A DNA stretch of 64,000 bases, from assembly GCA_964016885.1 (NCBI GenBank), contig OZ024742.1:23436001-23500000 (forward strand). Reading direction: 5' to 3'. Origin of the DNA: Eledone cirrhosa. Its lineage: Eukaryota. Positions within the stretch are counted from its first letter, which is position 1. Each line of letters begins with the position of its first letter. The notes beneath the pieces are model-generated. The model saw only the letters and a program-made list of their open reading frames with translations. It made no database searches and was not told where the DNA came from. Below, one piece after another: positions 25,855 to 39,811 of the stretch. Both the position numbers and the translations under genes were made by a program.

Positions 25855-26456
25855 TGTCAGGTCACCAGTTGGTGCTACTGGTAACATGTATCCCAGTACA
25901 ACCTGTCTCATGGTCGGGTCGTTGGCGACTAAACTGGCAACCCCACCAAGGTTTCTTGGTGAGGAGGGTGACTTTGGACATCCTGCAGGACTAAAAACAA
26001 AACCTGTCAAAGGGCAAAGGACCTCTTAAGAGTCAATGGCCATCCAAATTCACCGGGAGAGATGACCCCTTAGCCTTTGTCAAGGCAGAATTCTAGAAGG
26101 AAAACTCTGATATAACACCTGCAACCCTGATGGTATCCAATGATGTTGACTTGTTCTTCTCTTTGGTAAATATCATCTTGGTTAAGAGAGTGGGACTGGC
26201 TTTGTGCAGTGCCTTTGCTCACTATAAAAGCTTCACGGCACAGGCATTGCTTTGTATCTGGAGATCTCTCTGCACTTGTAGTCACATGGTACCATGGGCC
26301 CAGCACTATGTGTCAATAATTGTCACAAGTGTAGTGTTTGTACCAGAGTTTTCAAGTCGCTGGCTGTCTAAAAAGTCACGTTCAGCGCATCGGTAGGGGT
26401 TCTCCTACATGGATATAAAGTAGTGGCCGTACTCGAAAACGAGTTGGCAGCCACCA
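25855..26456 (+). mobile_element. ~600-bp RTE-UTR-like non-autonomous element, copy B
   Basis: Near-identical to 4997-5607(-); a diverged partial copy lies at ~29875-30080. Confidence 0.7.
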
Positions 26457-26861
26457 TTTTGCATGCATGTAAGTTTGTATATAAGTATGTATCTATGCAT
26501 GCATATATGTATGTATATATATGTATATATACATGTGTGTGTATGTATGTGTATATGTATGTAGGTATATATGTATGCATATATGTATGTATGTCTGTGT
26601 GTATGTATATATGTATCTATGTATGTATGTGAATGAGTGAGGGTTTGTGTGTTTACTAATGTATTGAGAGGAAGCTTTCATATTTTGGGCTTGCTTTATA
26701 ACATTGTTGGGTGAAGCAGAAAGGTTACTTCAGAACCCTACCTTGCCTCAAGTAACTTTCACATATTAAATATTGCTTTATAACGAAAAACTACATTATT
26801 ATAAGCTGTTATTGTGAAAGAGCAAGCTGTTACAAACCTTGCCGCAGGAAAATTATGCTTC

Positions 26862-26915
<54 letters not shown>

Positions 26916-26920
26916 TATAT

Positions 26921-27420
26921 ATAGTAATAATAAATTTGAAGACTAAAATCCAAAGAGGGCTCGATAAGGATAAATATATATCAAATATATAAGAATCGTA
27001 GAGCAAATATTTATTAAAATAACAGATTAAAGTTTAAGCAAAGAATCGCTACTTTCACCCTTAACGGGATCTTAGGTTGAGGCCAATCTCTCGGTCGTTA
27101 ATTACCTCGACGTTACCCTCAATTTATCGAATGGGTTGTATTACCCGTATAGAAAGCCGAATGATACGCTTAATTACATAAGTAAGCATTCCAACCATCC
27201 TGCCAGCATAACCAAGAACCTGGTATGTAACGTTTCGTTGAGGCTTTCCCGTCTATCTCCTATCGAGCATATTTTCAACGACCATTCCACTTATTACAAT
27301 GAAGGTCTTGCTCGGAATGGATTTGTCGATAAGGTAGCATATACAGAGTACGAAAATAGACCCAGAAGAAATAGATCCCGTCGCATTTGTTGTTATAACC
27401 CACGTTATAATATGAACATT
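26921..27420 (+). mobile_element. PLE fragment (RT thumb) preceded by an inverted pLTR end
   Basis: YLDVTL, YYPYRKPN..YISKHSNHP..RLSRLS..YNP, homologous to PLE-1; 26921-27073 matches 59835-59988. Confidence 0.8.
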
Positions 27421-27743
27421 TGTGTATTCACATGTAGGTATGTGTGTGCGCTTGTTATATACGTATTTATTTATTTATATACGTTTATTTAATTATTTAT
27501 TTATTTGTGTACACGCACACACACACACACACATATATTTATATGTGCGAGGTTTTGTATACCTATGGCAAGTGTTTTGAGTATGCTTGTGTATGTACGT
27601 ATTTGCATGCGTGTATGCATTTATTTAATTTCTATTACCTCTATATTGTATTTATTTACTTTATTCTTAACTCTGAAGCGGAGATTCATTTGGTTTCCTA
27701 GTTAGAATTTTAGTCTACGACTTCAGCTCTGGCAGGAAGGTAT

Positions 27744-27790
27744 ACGATGCTGATGATAGCTGATAAGCTTGAAACTAGTACATCGTTCCT
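27744..27790 (+). ncRNA. Minimal type I hammerhead
   Basis: ACGAUG-CUGAUGA-uAGCU gaua AGCUu-GAAA-CUA-GUA-CAUCGU; palindromic ACUAGU; stem I extends with AGGAA/UUCCU. Confidence 0.8.
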
Positions 27791-28045
<255 letters not shown>

Positions 28046-28224
28046 TCTGTGTGTGTGTGTGTATATATGTATATATATACATACACACATCTGTGTGTGT
28101 GTGTGTGTGTGTACATGTGCAAATGAACAATGGAGTGTCAAGTGAGTTAAAATACTGAGAAAATGTAGAAAATCTCGAAACAACTTAGAAAGTTGGGTAA
28201 ATTAACCCTATTCATGGTATAGGA

Positions 28225-28985
28225 ATATTGGCAGTATGGATGGAGAGTCAGACGCCATGCTTTACAGGAAAGAGTTACGGCACTTTATGGCCTGAGTTCA
28301 AATTACACAGAGGTTAACTTTGCCTTTCATCCTTATGGGGTCGATAAAATAAAGTACCAGTAATGTACTGGGTATAGCAAATGTAAAAACAATCATATAT
28401 ATATATATCGACAGTCGATCGATTTTTCGTCAAATCGGACCGTGGAAACAGTGTTTTCATTGGTCTTTCCAATTTCTAATACTATCTATCAGTCGCAACT
28501 CCAGGCAGAAGGAGCAACGTGAAATAAAGTATCTTGCCCAAGGACATAACGTATCACCCAGTCCGGGAATTGAACTCACAATCTCACGATTGCGAATCCA
28601 ATTTTCTAACCACTTACCCACGCGTCTGTATATTTTAGTTTCTTGTTGGCAGTTTCAGTAAAGTGTTGGACAACAGGCTTTGCCGTATATGATTATGGAC
28701 CTTTACTCTCTAAGTTCATATCCCACCGAGGTTACCTTTGCGGTTCACCCTCACAAGTTCGATAAATGGAAGCACCATTAACGCACGGGTGTCAATTTAA
28801 TCGATTTCTCGTCCCCCACAATTTGTGCCAAATGTTGAAGCAATTATGTTCTGAGTTCAAATCCTGCGAAGGTCAACTTTGCCTGTCATCCTTCTAGGTC
28901 AATAAATAGTCGTCAAACATTGGTATCAATATAGTGGATTATCCCTAAAAACAATATACTGGCATTGCGTGTAAATTAGAAGTCA
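28225..28985. mobile_element. Cluster of tRNA-derived SINE copies
   Basis: gagttcaaat B-box, tttgcctttcatcc..gggtcgataaaataaagtaccag core; a second SINE head on minus at 28520-28620. Confidence 0.75.
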
Positions 28986-30294
28986 CTATTTTTACTTTCC
29001 ACCTGTATTGGTTGCATTCACGTGAAAATAAACTACGAAATTATTTTTAGTTTCCGAAATATTCTAAACGATATCCGAATGTGTTTTGCTAATATGCTTG
29101 GGGATACATTTAATTAAGGAATTTAAGAAAAGGCTATTTGCGAAAGTATTGATGTAATTAATTCGACAATAAAAACAACAACATATATTAGAAAAATACC
29201 ATCAAACCGTTTCTTATAACATGCAAATAAATGTTAATTTATACTGAAGGAATGTTGCATTTTAAATGATTAAATGAATCATAATATACCTTTGAATCAT
29301 ATTAATTATTGTTAAGCTATTTATAAAATGTATACATATAAAGAAGTTTGATAATGTTTCATCTTAAAGGATTACAGATATAATGTTTTTAGTAAATTAA
29401 GTTTCCATGGTGATTGTTACCACGTTAAAAATTGTTAAGATTTTCACTTTTAACTATTTGATCGGTTGATTGACTGAATAAGAAAACAACAAACATAGTA
29501 AATTATAGAAACACCAAAGTTACAATAGCAACAGAAGCAACAGTATCACAGGAGAATTAATATATTGTTTCACTACGATTACAAACTGAAAAAATATTTA
29601 TGCCGGAAGCACAGGAAAATCTGTAGCACATTATAAAAGTGAATTGGAATTACAATATTCTTTATGGGCTTTAACAAGTGTCATGTTATACTTTGAATTA
29701 AAATATGACATGCTAATAAAATGCTATTATGTTATCACAAATATTTATAAAAGCTTTTACTATGTTATTTACTGTCCCTTTTTTTTTTTTTTATAGAAGA
29801 AGCGATTATCCGTAAACGTTTTAGAAAATACTTGTTATATTCATTTTTTTTTCTTGCTTTTGTTAGTTTTTGTGTTAGGTCATAGTTCTGCCTGCTATTA
29901 ATACCATGTAACGTAGTACAACCTGCTTCATGGTCGAGTGGTCGATGACTAAACCAGCTTCCAAAACAGCCCTGGTCTGGTGAGGAGGGTAAGAGGAACC
30001 CCAGCAACATCAAAAGCAAGAGCTGTTGAAAGGGTGGATTAACTCATCAGAGTCAAACGCAATCCATCCCATCCATGGGTTAAATAGGCTCACCAAACTG
30101 CAATTGTTCAAGCGTGCAGAGTAGGACTACACGCCTAACATGACCAAATCTAAGCAGAAAGACAGGGACATCAACCTGGGAGTATATCCTCCAATATGAG
30201 TGTGCAGGCTTTCGAGTGGATTGGTGGGTTATACTGGTTTTTATAAGAAAAGCTGCAGAATTGACATTAGCTAATTAATTCTAATGAATTGTCA

Positions 30295-30630
30295 GTATTG
30301 GTAGAGGGTCGGACGCCATGCTTTCCAGTATAGTTCCGTCCCTTTACTGTCTGAGTTCAATCCTTAAGGGGTCGATAAAATAAAGTACCACTGGGTAATT
30401 GCTGGCCTTGTGCCACAAGTAGAAATGATTATCTAATCAATTCAAGGACGGTGGATTGGCAGTATAGGTAGAGCGTCTGACGACATGCTTTGCAGCAAAG
30501 AGTTACGGCCCATAATGGTCTGGGTTCAAATCCCGCTGAAGTTAAATTTGCCTTTCATACTTACGGGGTCGATAAAATAAAGTATCAATAATACAGTGGT
30601 GTTAAGTGCTGGCCTTGTTCCAAAAGTAAT
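30295..30630 (+). mobile_element. Two SINE copies
   Basis: tggcagtataggtagagcg..ggttcaaatccc..gggtcgataaaataaagta. Confidence 0.75.
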
Positions 30631-31204
30631 TAACATTAGGATGGTTTGGATTCGGGTTTCACAATTAAGGATGGATGCAATACTCATAATACAGCAAATC
30701 GCTAATATAAACACACAGCAACATACACCAATCACGGACAAATAAGAAAGAAAAAGTAAAAACAATTCGCTTATCTTTTGACGTATATTTGTCAAAATAC
30801 AATGAATGACGTGATTATGTTATCTACCCCAAAACATGAAACCGAATCATCATTTTTCTTACCTGTTGTACAAACCTGGCTGGACACAGAACACTGCACA
30901 AACATTCTAAACGTTCTATAGAGTTATGAAATAATACATATGAATAAGCCATAGATGACGAACATCATTAAGTAATGCCAGTTTCATGAGGAGATAAAAC
31001 GCCTCCATCCTTTTGAAGGAAAAATAAAAACAAATGAGTCTATAAATCCTGGAAAACTGTAAGTCCATTATTGGAAAAAAACAAAAAAAAAACAAAAATA
31101 ACACAAGGGATTGACACTCCAAATTCACTATTCTCCTTTTACTTTGCTCCACTTTTCAAGTTAAATGACACAACGGTTCAGTTATATTCAAATATTTGTT
31201 TCTT

Positions 31205-31408
31205 ATATAGGCACAAGACCAGCAATTTTGGGGGGAGGGGAAAGTCGATTAAATCGAATCCAGTGCGACTGGTACTTTATTTGATCGACCCCGTAAGGAT
31301 GAAAGCAAAGTTAACCTCGGCGGGATTTGAAGTCATAAAGGACCGTAACTCTATGCGTCAAAGCATGGCGTCCAGTCCTCTACCGATACTGCCAATCCAC
31401 CGCCTTAT
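31205..31408 (-). mobile_element. SINE
   Basis: Reverse complement of the same SINE family. Confidence 0.75.
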
Positions 31409-31905
31409 CAGTTATATTAAAATATTGTAAGCGCGTCCATTGAGAATATCGTTACGATGTTTGTGAAAATGTAAAACAAATATTTATATCCCAGACAGAA
31501 ATGTTAACTTTTATTTCTATATACTTTTTATATATAATTGTCTGCTGGTGGGTTTTGTATTTCGCTCTATATCTTCACCATTAACAAGAGGCAGGCAACG
31601 ACGAGAACAGTGACATTAACAGCAACAACTCTACCATTAACAATAGGAAGCCAGCCCCAGCATCAGTGACTCACCTCCAGCCACTAGGTCCTATGACAAA
31701 CTGCTAAGTTGCTCGCATGTGAGCATGCTGATCTCTGGGTCTTTCTGCTGGGAGCAACCCCTTGTTTTCTCCCCCCCCCCCATTTTTTGAGTACATCATT
31801 CCATTCGCTCATTCATTTACTACCATTCTACCTTCCTGTGTCTCCTCCCCCTCAATGCATCCCCTTCTTTTCTCTCTTGTTTTCTGGCACCTCCAATATA
31901 TATAA

Positions 31906-33540
31906 GTGAGCTATGAGGCCCTCATACCAGCACTTTCCCTACCACCGACACACGCCAGCCACGCACCCCTGATGCCGCTCGGAGCCCCAGTCACCGGCCT
32001 CACGCCCCATCCACCCCCCCTCCAAGCCGATATCTGCAGCACTTGCAGCACCACTAACAAATGGATGAGGGGCCGGAACTGTTTGGAGTGCGGCTACTTC
32101 CACCAACTCACCTACGTTGGCTTGACTCCCCGAGCTTCCAATGCCCTCGCAGCGTGGAGGTGAAGGAGCTGCCTCTTCCCCCACGTCTTTCCAGCCATGG
32201 CCGTCTGGCGCACCACCAGATGGGTCAGCGAGATTGCCTGACGACCGAGCCTCTCTGGTCGACATCGCTCGGCTCAGGCCGCTCCGGAAGATACCACTCA
32301 GGATCCCGAGAGCGACTCGGGTGTCGGTAGCCGATGCCCTCGCTTCCTCTATTGAGAGCGCCCTGGACTCCAATCGAGGCAGTGACTGGGAGCGGCTGTT
32401 CTATTTCTCCCCACTCACCCTCGGCCTCCCCAGCTCTGGCACTGACCAGGGTGGCCGGTCAACAGCGGCCTTCGTCAAGGCCAATGTCTCGTCCTTTGGG
32501 CGAGCGCCCATTCCAAGCTCTCCGCAGATGCCGGGCGGCGCGTTCTGAGTGCAATTGTGGCGCTCACCATGGGGCTCTGGACCCTTACGCCCGAGGCCTC
32601 TTTTTTCGCCCAGCCTCACCGCTCTCAGGAAGAAAGAGGGTGACATACGCCCCGTTGCTGTCGGCAATATCTTCCGGAGGCTGGCTGCCAAGATGATCTG
32701 CAAGTCTGTAACACACGAACTGGGTGAGGAGTTTAGTCCGGTGCAACTCAGTGTCGGCGTGTCAGGTGGCTGAGAAGGCGCCGCTCTTGCAACCAGGCAG
32801 TTCTTCAACCGCTGCCCATCGAAACCGGCATCCAGGCTCTCCAGGCACCTCATTATCAAGCTTGACATGAGGAATGCCTTCAACTCTTTACGCCGGGATC
32901 ATCTGCTCGAGGCCTGCCTCAGCCGAGCCCCCTCTGCATACCCGCTGGTCTACCTGTCATATGGTGCCCCGAGAAAGCTCCTTGCTGCTGATACGGTCAT
33001 ACCCTCGACTACTGGGTTCCAACAGGGCGACCCTTTGTGACCCCTCCTGTTGGCCCTTGGTATTGACCACATCGCCCGGAGTATCACGGCCCCTCTCAAC
33101 GTTTGAAATCTGGATAGTGCTACGTTGGGCGGGCCCGTACGGACGGTCTGCCATGTCCTTCAATCTGTGGTTCCTGCCCTGGCGGGAATCGGCCTCCAGG
33201 TCAACTCAGCCAAGTTCGAGGTGGTGAATGTCGTCCTCGATGCTGCGAGCTTTGCAGCCTCCGTCTTGGACGTGCGGTCCAGGGGGCCAAACTCCTCAAA
33301 TACCGGTCGCTCTCCGACAGGTTTGCGGTCGTACCCCTGGCAGTGGAGACGTCTGTTGTCCTCAGCCCCAGGGCTACCTCCTTACTCACCACCATAGGTG
33401 CTGAGCTGGCCAGCCGCAGCTGTGAGCCCCGCGAGTTGGAGTGGCTCTTCCAGCGCCTCTCCCTTGCCGTCCTCCGAGGAAACGCCTTCTCCATTCTGTC
33501 CGCCGGGGCTGTGGGTGGGCCCCATCGCGTACCGTTGTAG
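31906..33540 (+). mobile_element. CRE-like non-LTR retrotransposon (RT + REL endonuclease), deleted/degenerate
   Basis: IRPVAVGNIFRRLAAK, QLSVGVSGG, KLDMRNAFNS, GFQQGDPL, NLDSATLGG; C-terminal KY..L..F.P.AVET..FQRLSLAVLRGNA; GC-rich. Confidence 0.85.
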
Positions 33541-33801
33541 TTGTTGTATACAGATATTAACTCATCAATCCCATTGTCCTAATCCATAATATTTAATCAT
33601 ATTTGCTACAATATGCTTTGCTTTCTCACCTAGAGATTAATGTGCGAGGGGAAACAGTAATATTAGAAAAATATTTTTGTAAATTAGACAATAATTTATA
33701 TATACCTGTATTATCTCATTAATTTACATCGTCTGATTTATATTCATTTATACCAGACAATAATACAGCGGGGTTAATGATAGAAGTAATAATACATATG
33801 T

Positions 33802-34111
33802 CAGTGGCAGACGCGAAATTAATGTGTAGGGGGCAAAGAGGGCAATTGCCCAGGGTCCCCTGCAATGGAGACCCCACCAGCGACGGCCATAGCAATTTAT
33901 TTGCGCCCCCAGCTGGGCTTTTTCGTTTTAGGATGGTAAGAATTTTTGAATTTAATACCTGTATGTATAACTTTTGAATTTCAGTTACTTGCGCCAAGCA
34001 GACTTTGATATGTAAAATTGGAAAAGGGGGTTTTGTATTCTAGTTTCTTGTGTAAGAGGTGTCCTCCAAAACCTGAAGTGTCCGGCTCTTCCAAGATCTA
34101 AATCCAACCAT
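33802..34111. mobile_element. Possible non-autonomous hAT-like remnant
   Basis: cagtggcaga.. start, gggcaattgcccaggg subterminal motif, degenerate right end. Confidence 0.3.
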
Positions 34112-34359
34112 GGTCAGTACTACAACACTGATATAACTTACATCTGAGAGACTATTTTGAAGTTTAAAATACGAAACTAATACTTCTAAATGTATTCAAA
34201 CGTGACTCCAGTGCATCGTCTGAAATTTGAACCATCATGCTCCTGATTGGGCATTTAACAGGGCTCATGCAAAAAAGTATGTACCGGAGAGATCAAAACA
34301 TTCACTATATGTCTCTCCCGCTCTCCCCATCTCTCAATATTATAAGCAAACAAAAGCCC

Positions 34360-34640
34360 ATACGCTGGCCACCCCGCGGCCCCGGCAAAGAGAAGAGAGA
34401 AGGATGGTGAGAGAGATGCGTTGGAAAATCCATTACAGATCACGAGGCTCACACCTGCGCGTAGCCAACTCCGTACCGATGGTGGTGAGTAGGGAGGTAG
34501 TCATTGGGTCAAGGACATCAGAAGTCTCCACTGCTACGGGCTCGATCGCAAATCTGTCGGAGAGTGACCGATATTTGGAGAGTTTACTCTCCTCGGTGAG
34601 AAGTGCAGCAGAGTCTGGGTTAATCGCAGACTGCACCATG
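34360..34640 (-). mobile_element. CRE-like REL endonuclease 3' fragment
   Basis: EESKLSKYRSLSDRFAIEPVAVETS..TTIGTELA, paralogous to 33300-33500. Confidence 0.8.
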
Positions 34641-35400
34641 TTAAACCATTTTCTTGCGGTATCTCACTACATAAACCTTATCAGAGCTACTAAAGGTTGC
34701 ATTTCTTGGATATTGTCAGTTTGCTATAGTCCCTGCTAACATGTAACTATAAATAGACATGTAAATTTGGATTAAATAATTAAGAAAATAGTATTGTTAA
34801 TTGATAGGTATTAACCAAACGGTCACGTGAATCTATTTGAGTAGGTATTCCCAGCAGGAAATACAGGTAAACAGAAGCAATACGAAATACATTACCTACT
34901 TGGACGTACAAGGAAACAAACATTACATTTACCTACATAACACCTGATCTTCTATCCTAATATACTATCCACTTGGTACCATCTCACGTTGACAACAGAT
35001 ATGGGATTTAGTCATGTTACATTTAACAGACACGCTAAATGTATGAAATTAACGGCGATCTATCATAAATAATGAAGCTTAATCTCTACTTCCACATGAA
35101 ATATTATTGTAAACGTATTGCTTATGTAATTATGTTGTTAGGAGTTGTGAAAAGCACGTGTAGGCGTCAGTGGCACGCTGTTCTAATCTAACCGTTGAAG
35201 TCCACCATTCCAATAAGTCATAAGGATACTTTAATGTTTCAGAACAATACAAAACACAGCTTATGTTCATACGAAGAAGAGCGGTTATACAAACAGACGG
35301 CTGCGTGAATACAGAAGATAAATGTATCTTGCGTTGGTTTTAGACAGAAATATATAACCCTATAGCCTTAGATTTTATCCTGCCATAACTAACATTGTAA

Positions 35401-35657
35401 GGTAGTAGTAGTAGTAGTAGTAGTTGTTGTTGTTGTTGTAGGAGCAGCAGCTGTAGTAATTGTAGTAGTAGTAGTAGCAGCTGCAGCGTAGTAGTAGTTG
35501 TAGTAGTAGTAGCAGCGGCAGTAGTAGTTGTAGTAGTAGTAGCAGCAGTAGTAGTATTTGATGTAGTAGAAGTAGTAGTAGTAGTAGGCGAAGCAGCAGT
35601 AGCAGTAGTAGTAGTAGTAGTAGTAATAGTAGTGGTAGTAGTAGTAGCAACAACAGC

Positions 35658-35716
<59 letters not shown>

Positions 35717-35853
35717 CAGTCGTAGTAGTAGTAGTAGCAGAAGTAGTAGTAGTAGTAGTAGTAGCAACAGTAATAGCAGAAGTATTAGAAGTGGTAGTAG
35801 CAGCAGTAGCAACAACAACATCAGTAGTAGCAGTAGTATTAGTAGTAGTAGTA
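35401..35853. repeat. (GTA)n/(GCA)n trinucleotide microsatellite
   Basis: Direct reading. Confidence 0.95.
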
Positions 35854-36233
35854 AAAGAAAAGCCTCCCTTATATGGTATCAGATATATCTTCATCTGATT
35901 CTTAAACCATAGTTACAATTAATCTGGAATTATTTAGAGTTACTTGTTGCTAACGTTCACTGAGTTATATATACTTCACTTAGTCAAGTGGTCTTGTACT
36001 CCGTTGAGTTCCTCTGAGTAGATGTGATATTGCCACACATACATAGATATGCATACACACACATATCTGTATATATGCACACACGCGCACTCACTCACAC
36101 ATGTATTTGCATACTGACTGCAAAAATTAATAATGGAATTCTTTAGGATTTCTTCTTCTTTAAAGGATATCTATTTGCATATATATGTGTGTATACATAC
36201 ACATACATACAGTCTTATATATATATATATATG

Positions 36234-36360
<127 letters not shown>

Positions 36361-37226
36361 CTTTCATCCTTATGGGTCGATAAAATAAAGTACCAGTAAT
36401 GCACTGATATAGGTGCTGGCCTTATGCCAAAAGCTGATATAATGCACTGATATAGGTGCAGGCCTTATGCAAAAATATGTTTGTGCGTGTGTGTGTGTAT
36501 GTATATATATATATGTGTGTGTGTATATGATACTCTAATAATTAAGCAATAAAATATCCTATGAGAAAAAAAAGGAAGAGGCACGCGCATATGATTGCAG
36601 ACTTATACAGCTTCTGTCTGTCTGTATGTATCTCTCTCTTGCTCGCTCTCTCTCTCTTATTCTCTCTTTCTTTCATTCTCTTTTTCTTATCCCCCCCCCC
36701 CCCTCCCTGTCTCCCTCTTTCTCTCTCTCTCTCCCTCTCTTTCTCTCTCACGCTAAATCCGTCTTATTCTTTTCCTTCATCCCTCACATTGTCTATCTGT
36801 TTATCTCCCTTTGTATCCTTCTTTACGTTTCGTGAAGACTTTGTAAATATATTTTATTGCCATGATTCAATAAATAGTAACTTGTGTTCATAATAACTAT
36901 GATTACAGACAACTTTACTTTCAAGCAGTCTACGCACTATTTCTGCTATGATTCCAAATGTTAGTTCTTGGTTACAAGACTTTGGACAGTTCCCATGTCG
37001 TAGCTCTTCTAATCACGATGCCGCCTGCTTTCTTCAATCAGATTGACCTAGACTAATCATGTTACACACATAAGACAGCATCATCTCTGTCAGTTAACGA
37101 ATAAAATCTATTTTTCCGCTCGAATAACAAAATCAAATTTAGCAGCTTTAAAGACACCAGTGTTCTGAGCAACACGGTCTGAAATCATTCTAAACTACAC
37201 AGTTGTAACACACACACACACACCCA

Positions 37227-37288
<62 letters not shown>

Positions 37289-37474
37289 TGTAAAGTAAAA
37301 TAAAAATGATTTAAATATCGACAGGAATTTTCTAGTAACATTTTATTCAATTTAAGATATAGAATCTTTCGTTTTATATTTTGGGTTTAACGCTTTATAT
37401 CCTGAAATCCGCTCTTCAGTACATTAATGTTAATATATAACACTGTTATTCTATTATTGTAATATACAATGTTA

Positions 37475-37660
37475 GGGCAGTGAACTGGCGGAATCTTTAA
37501 AACATTGGTCAAATATTTTGCCGCATTTATAACATTTTTTTAAAATTCTCAGTTCAAACGCCACCGAACTCTAGTGTACCTTTGCAATCAACTACTGGAA
37601 TCGATTTAATTAATTCCCCTCACCACCGCCAAATTGCTGGTCTTGTATCTAAATTAGCAA
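37475..37660 (+). mobile_element. SINE, diverged
   Basis: ggcagtgaactggcggaatc..agttcaaac..aattgctggtcttgt. Confidence 0.55.
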
Positions 37661-38264
37661 TCTATAATATAATAACAGGGGGAGTGCGGGACAACGTCCG
37701 TTTTATAATTTTTTTAAACCGTTAGTAAAATGAGTTCAATTACTTTGAATAAATAATAAATGAATATTATGTAATTCATCTACTAAATTTCGTAGCTCGT
37801 GATTAAACATACACATTCTTATATATAAAATATTACTTATTTTAAGATTCACTTCTTTAAAATGTTCAAATGTCAACACTTCCGGTTAGCGTACGTTATG
37901 TTGTAACACTTATTACATCGCTTATATAAACGTTCATATATTTGCATCGTTATATAAGGTTTATATTTAGGTTAATAATTTTCTACTTCTTCGTTTTCAT
38001 AACATTTTAGTATATTATATATGCAGATTATATATAATATAGTATTTTTTTAATGTATCATGGATTACTTTATCTATTACAGAAGAGTGTGTAACACAGA
38101 CTTCGTTCAATTTCTGTGCATATTGTCAATTACGATTTCATTTGACGTATCATATCTACATGCATATATATTTGCGTATCAGATCATTATGCACACTACA
38201 CATGTTAGCAGCAAACCACCCAAAGGGTAGCCTTTCTGCTAGTAATTATTAAAGATTCAGTAGT

Positions 38265-38470
38265 GCGGTGGAGTGGCAGTATCGGTGCAGCGCCGGATAA
38301 AATGTTTTGCAACATAGTGGTACGTCACTTTACGTCCTTGGTTCAAATCCCACCGGGGTTAGCTTTGCTTTTCATTCTTATGGATCCGATAAAATAAAGT
38401 ACCGTTATATCACTAGTCTCGATTTAATCGACTTTTCTCTCCCCGCAAATTGTTGTGCCTAACTTCGAAA
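38265..38470 (+). mobile_element. SINE
   Basis: A/B-box-like head, gataaaataaagtacc core. Confidence 0.7.
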
Positions 38471-39112
38471 CCTTTATAATATACAATATTATTGTTATAC
38501 GGTGATATAATCGCAGTTTGGTGAGTATGAGCGAATAGGTATGAAATTCGTTTCGGGTTCATTAGGCCCCAGGTTCGAACTCACTGTGTGTCTAAGGTTG
38601 AACAAATATTAGGTGAGCAAAATTGATTTGATGGAAATTATTTTAATTTTACATAACAATTCAAAAGATCAACTGTGACTCCCAGAATGTATTAGGCTGA
38701 ATCTCTCTGAGAATAAAGTTAAATGTACACGTGTCTGTGGAAAGCTCAGTTATATAGTTGTCAATTTCATGAAAAAGCAGTTCCACTAATCGAACAACTG
38801 GAGTTCTCCTCGCCGAAACCGACGGAGTTCACTTTTACAATTGCGTGGATTCCTGATTTGTATTTTACTATTCTTAAAGACCACATATATATATTCTATA
38901 ATAAACATAAAATGAGACTAGAACGCAGTGATATAATACGTTTGAAAGTAAATCTTCAGTGTACCTGCACATTTCTACTCTCTCTCTCTCTCTCTCTCTC
39001 TGTATATATATATACATGCATATACATATATATATATATATGCGTTCGAAACCCTAAACCTAACCTTAACCCTTACCACTAGGCCACGTACCTCTAATTC
39101 ATGTATATATAT

Positions 39113-39165
<53 letters not shown>

Positions 39166-39327
39166 CGAAATAAAAATTAATTATTTTAAAAGGTATCTAT
39201 ATTTGAAGTTCTAGTTAAACTTTAATTAGTTACCTACCTAGCTATGTGTGCTTACATTATTTACAAATTATTCCCTGTGATTGTTTCATATGTTTATTTT
39301 ATATATATATGTCAATCTCCTTCTAGT

Positions 39328-39369
<42 letters not shown>

Positions 39370-39811
39370 GAAAGTATAGAAATTATTGTGAGCAAGAAGC
39401 CAACAGTATTTTATAATATATAAGTGACTATAACGTCAAAATGGAAAAATAATTAACGTAAGATGTGGCAAAATAATTCAAACTCAATTAAAGAAAAATC
39501 AAGACAGAGATTTATCCATAGATCTTGTGAAATCCAGGGAAAAAACAGTAGAGCCTTAACTCTGAATAAAATCAAGTTTAAATACTCATCCTTGAATTTG
39601 GAAAAACTACAAATGGTCTATATAGTCTTAAAAAGACTATTTCATATATGTGTATATATATGGGCGGGGGTCTTGGTGTAAAAAGTAAACAGCAATAACA
39701 TAGCAAACGACACAGAACAATGAAGAAATATATTAGTCTAATGCTTGAAAGAATAGGAAAAGAGCCTTAACATTTCGGACACTATGCCTCAACAGAAGAT
39801 AGATTGAGAAA

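Noticed and set aside
39050-39074. Telomere-like taaccc repeats
   Set aside because: Only 3-4 degenerate units
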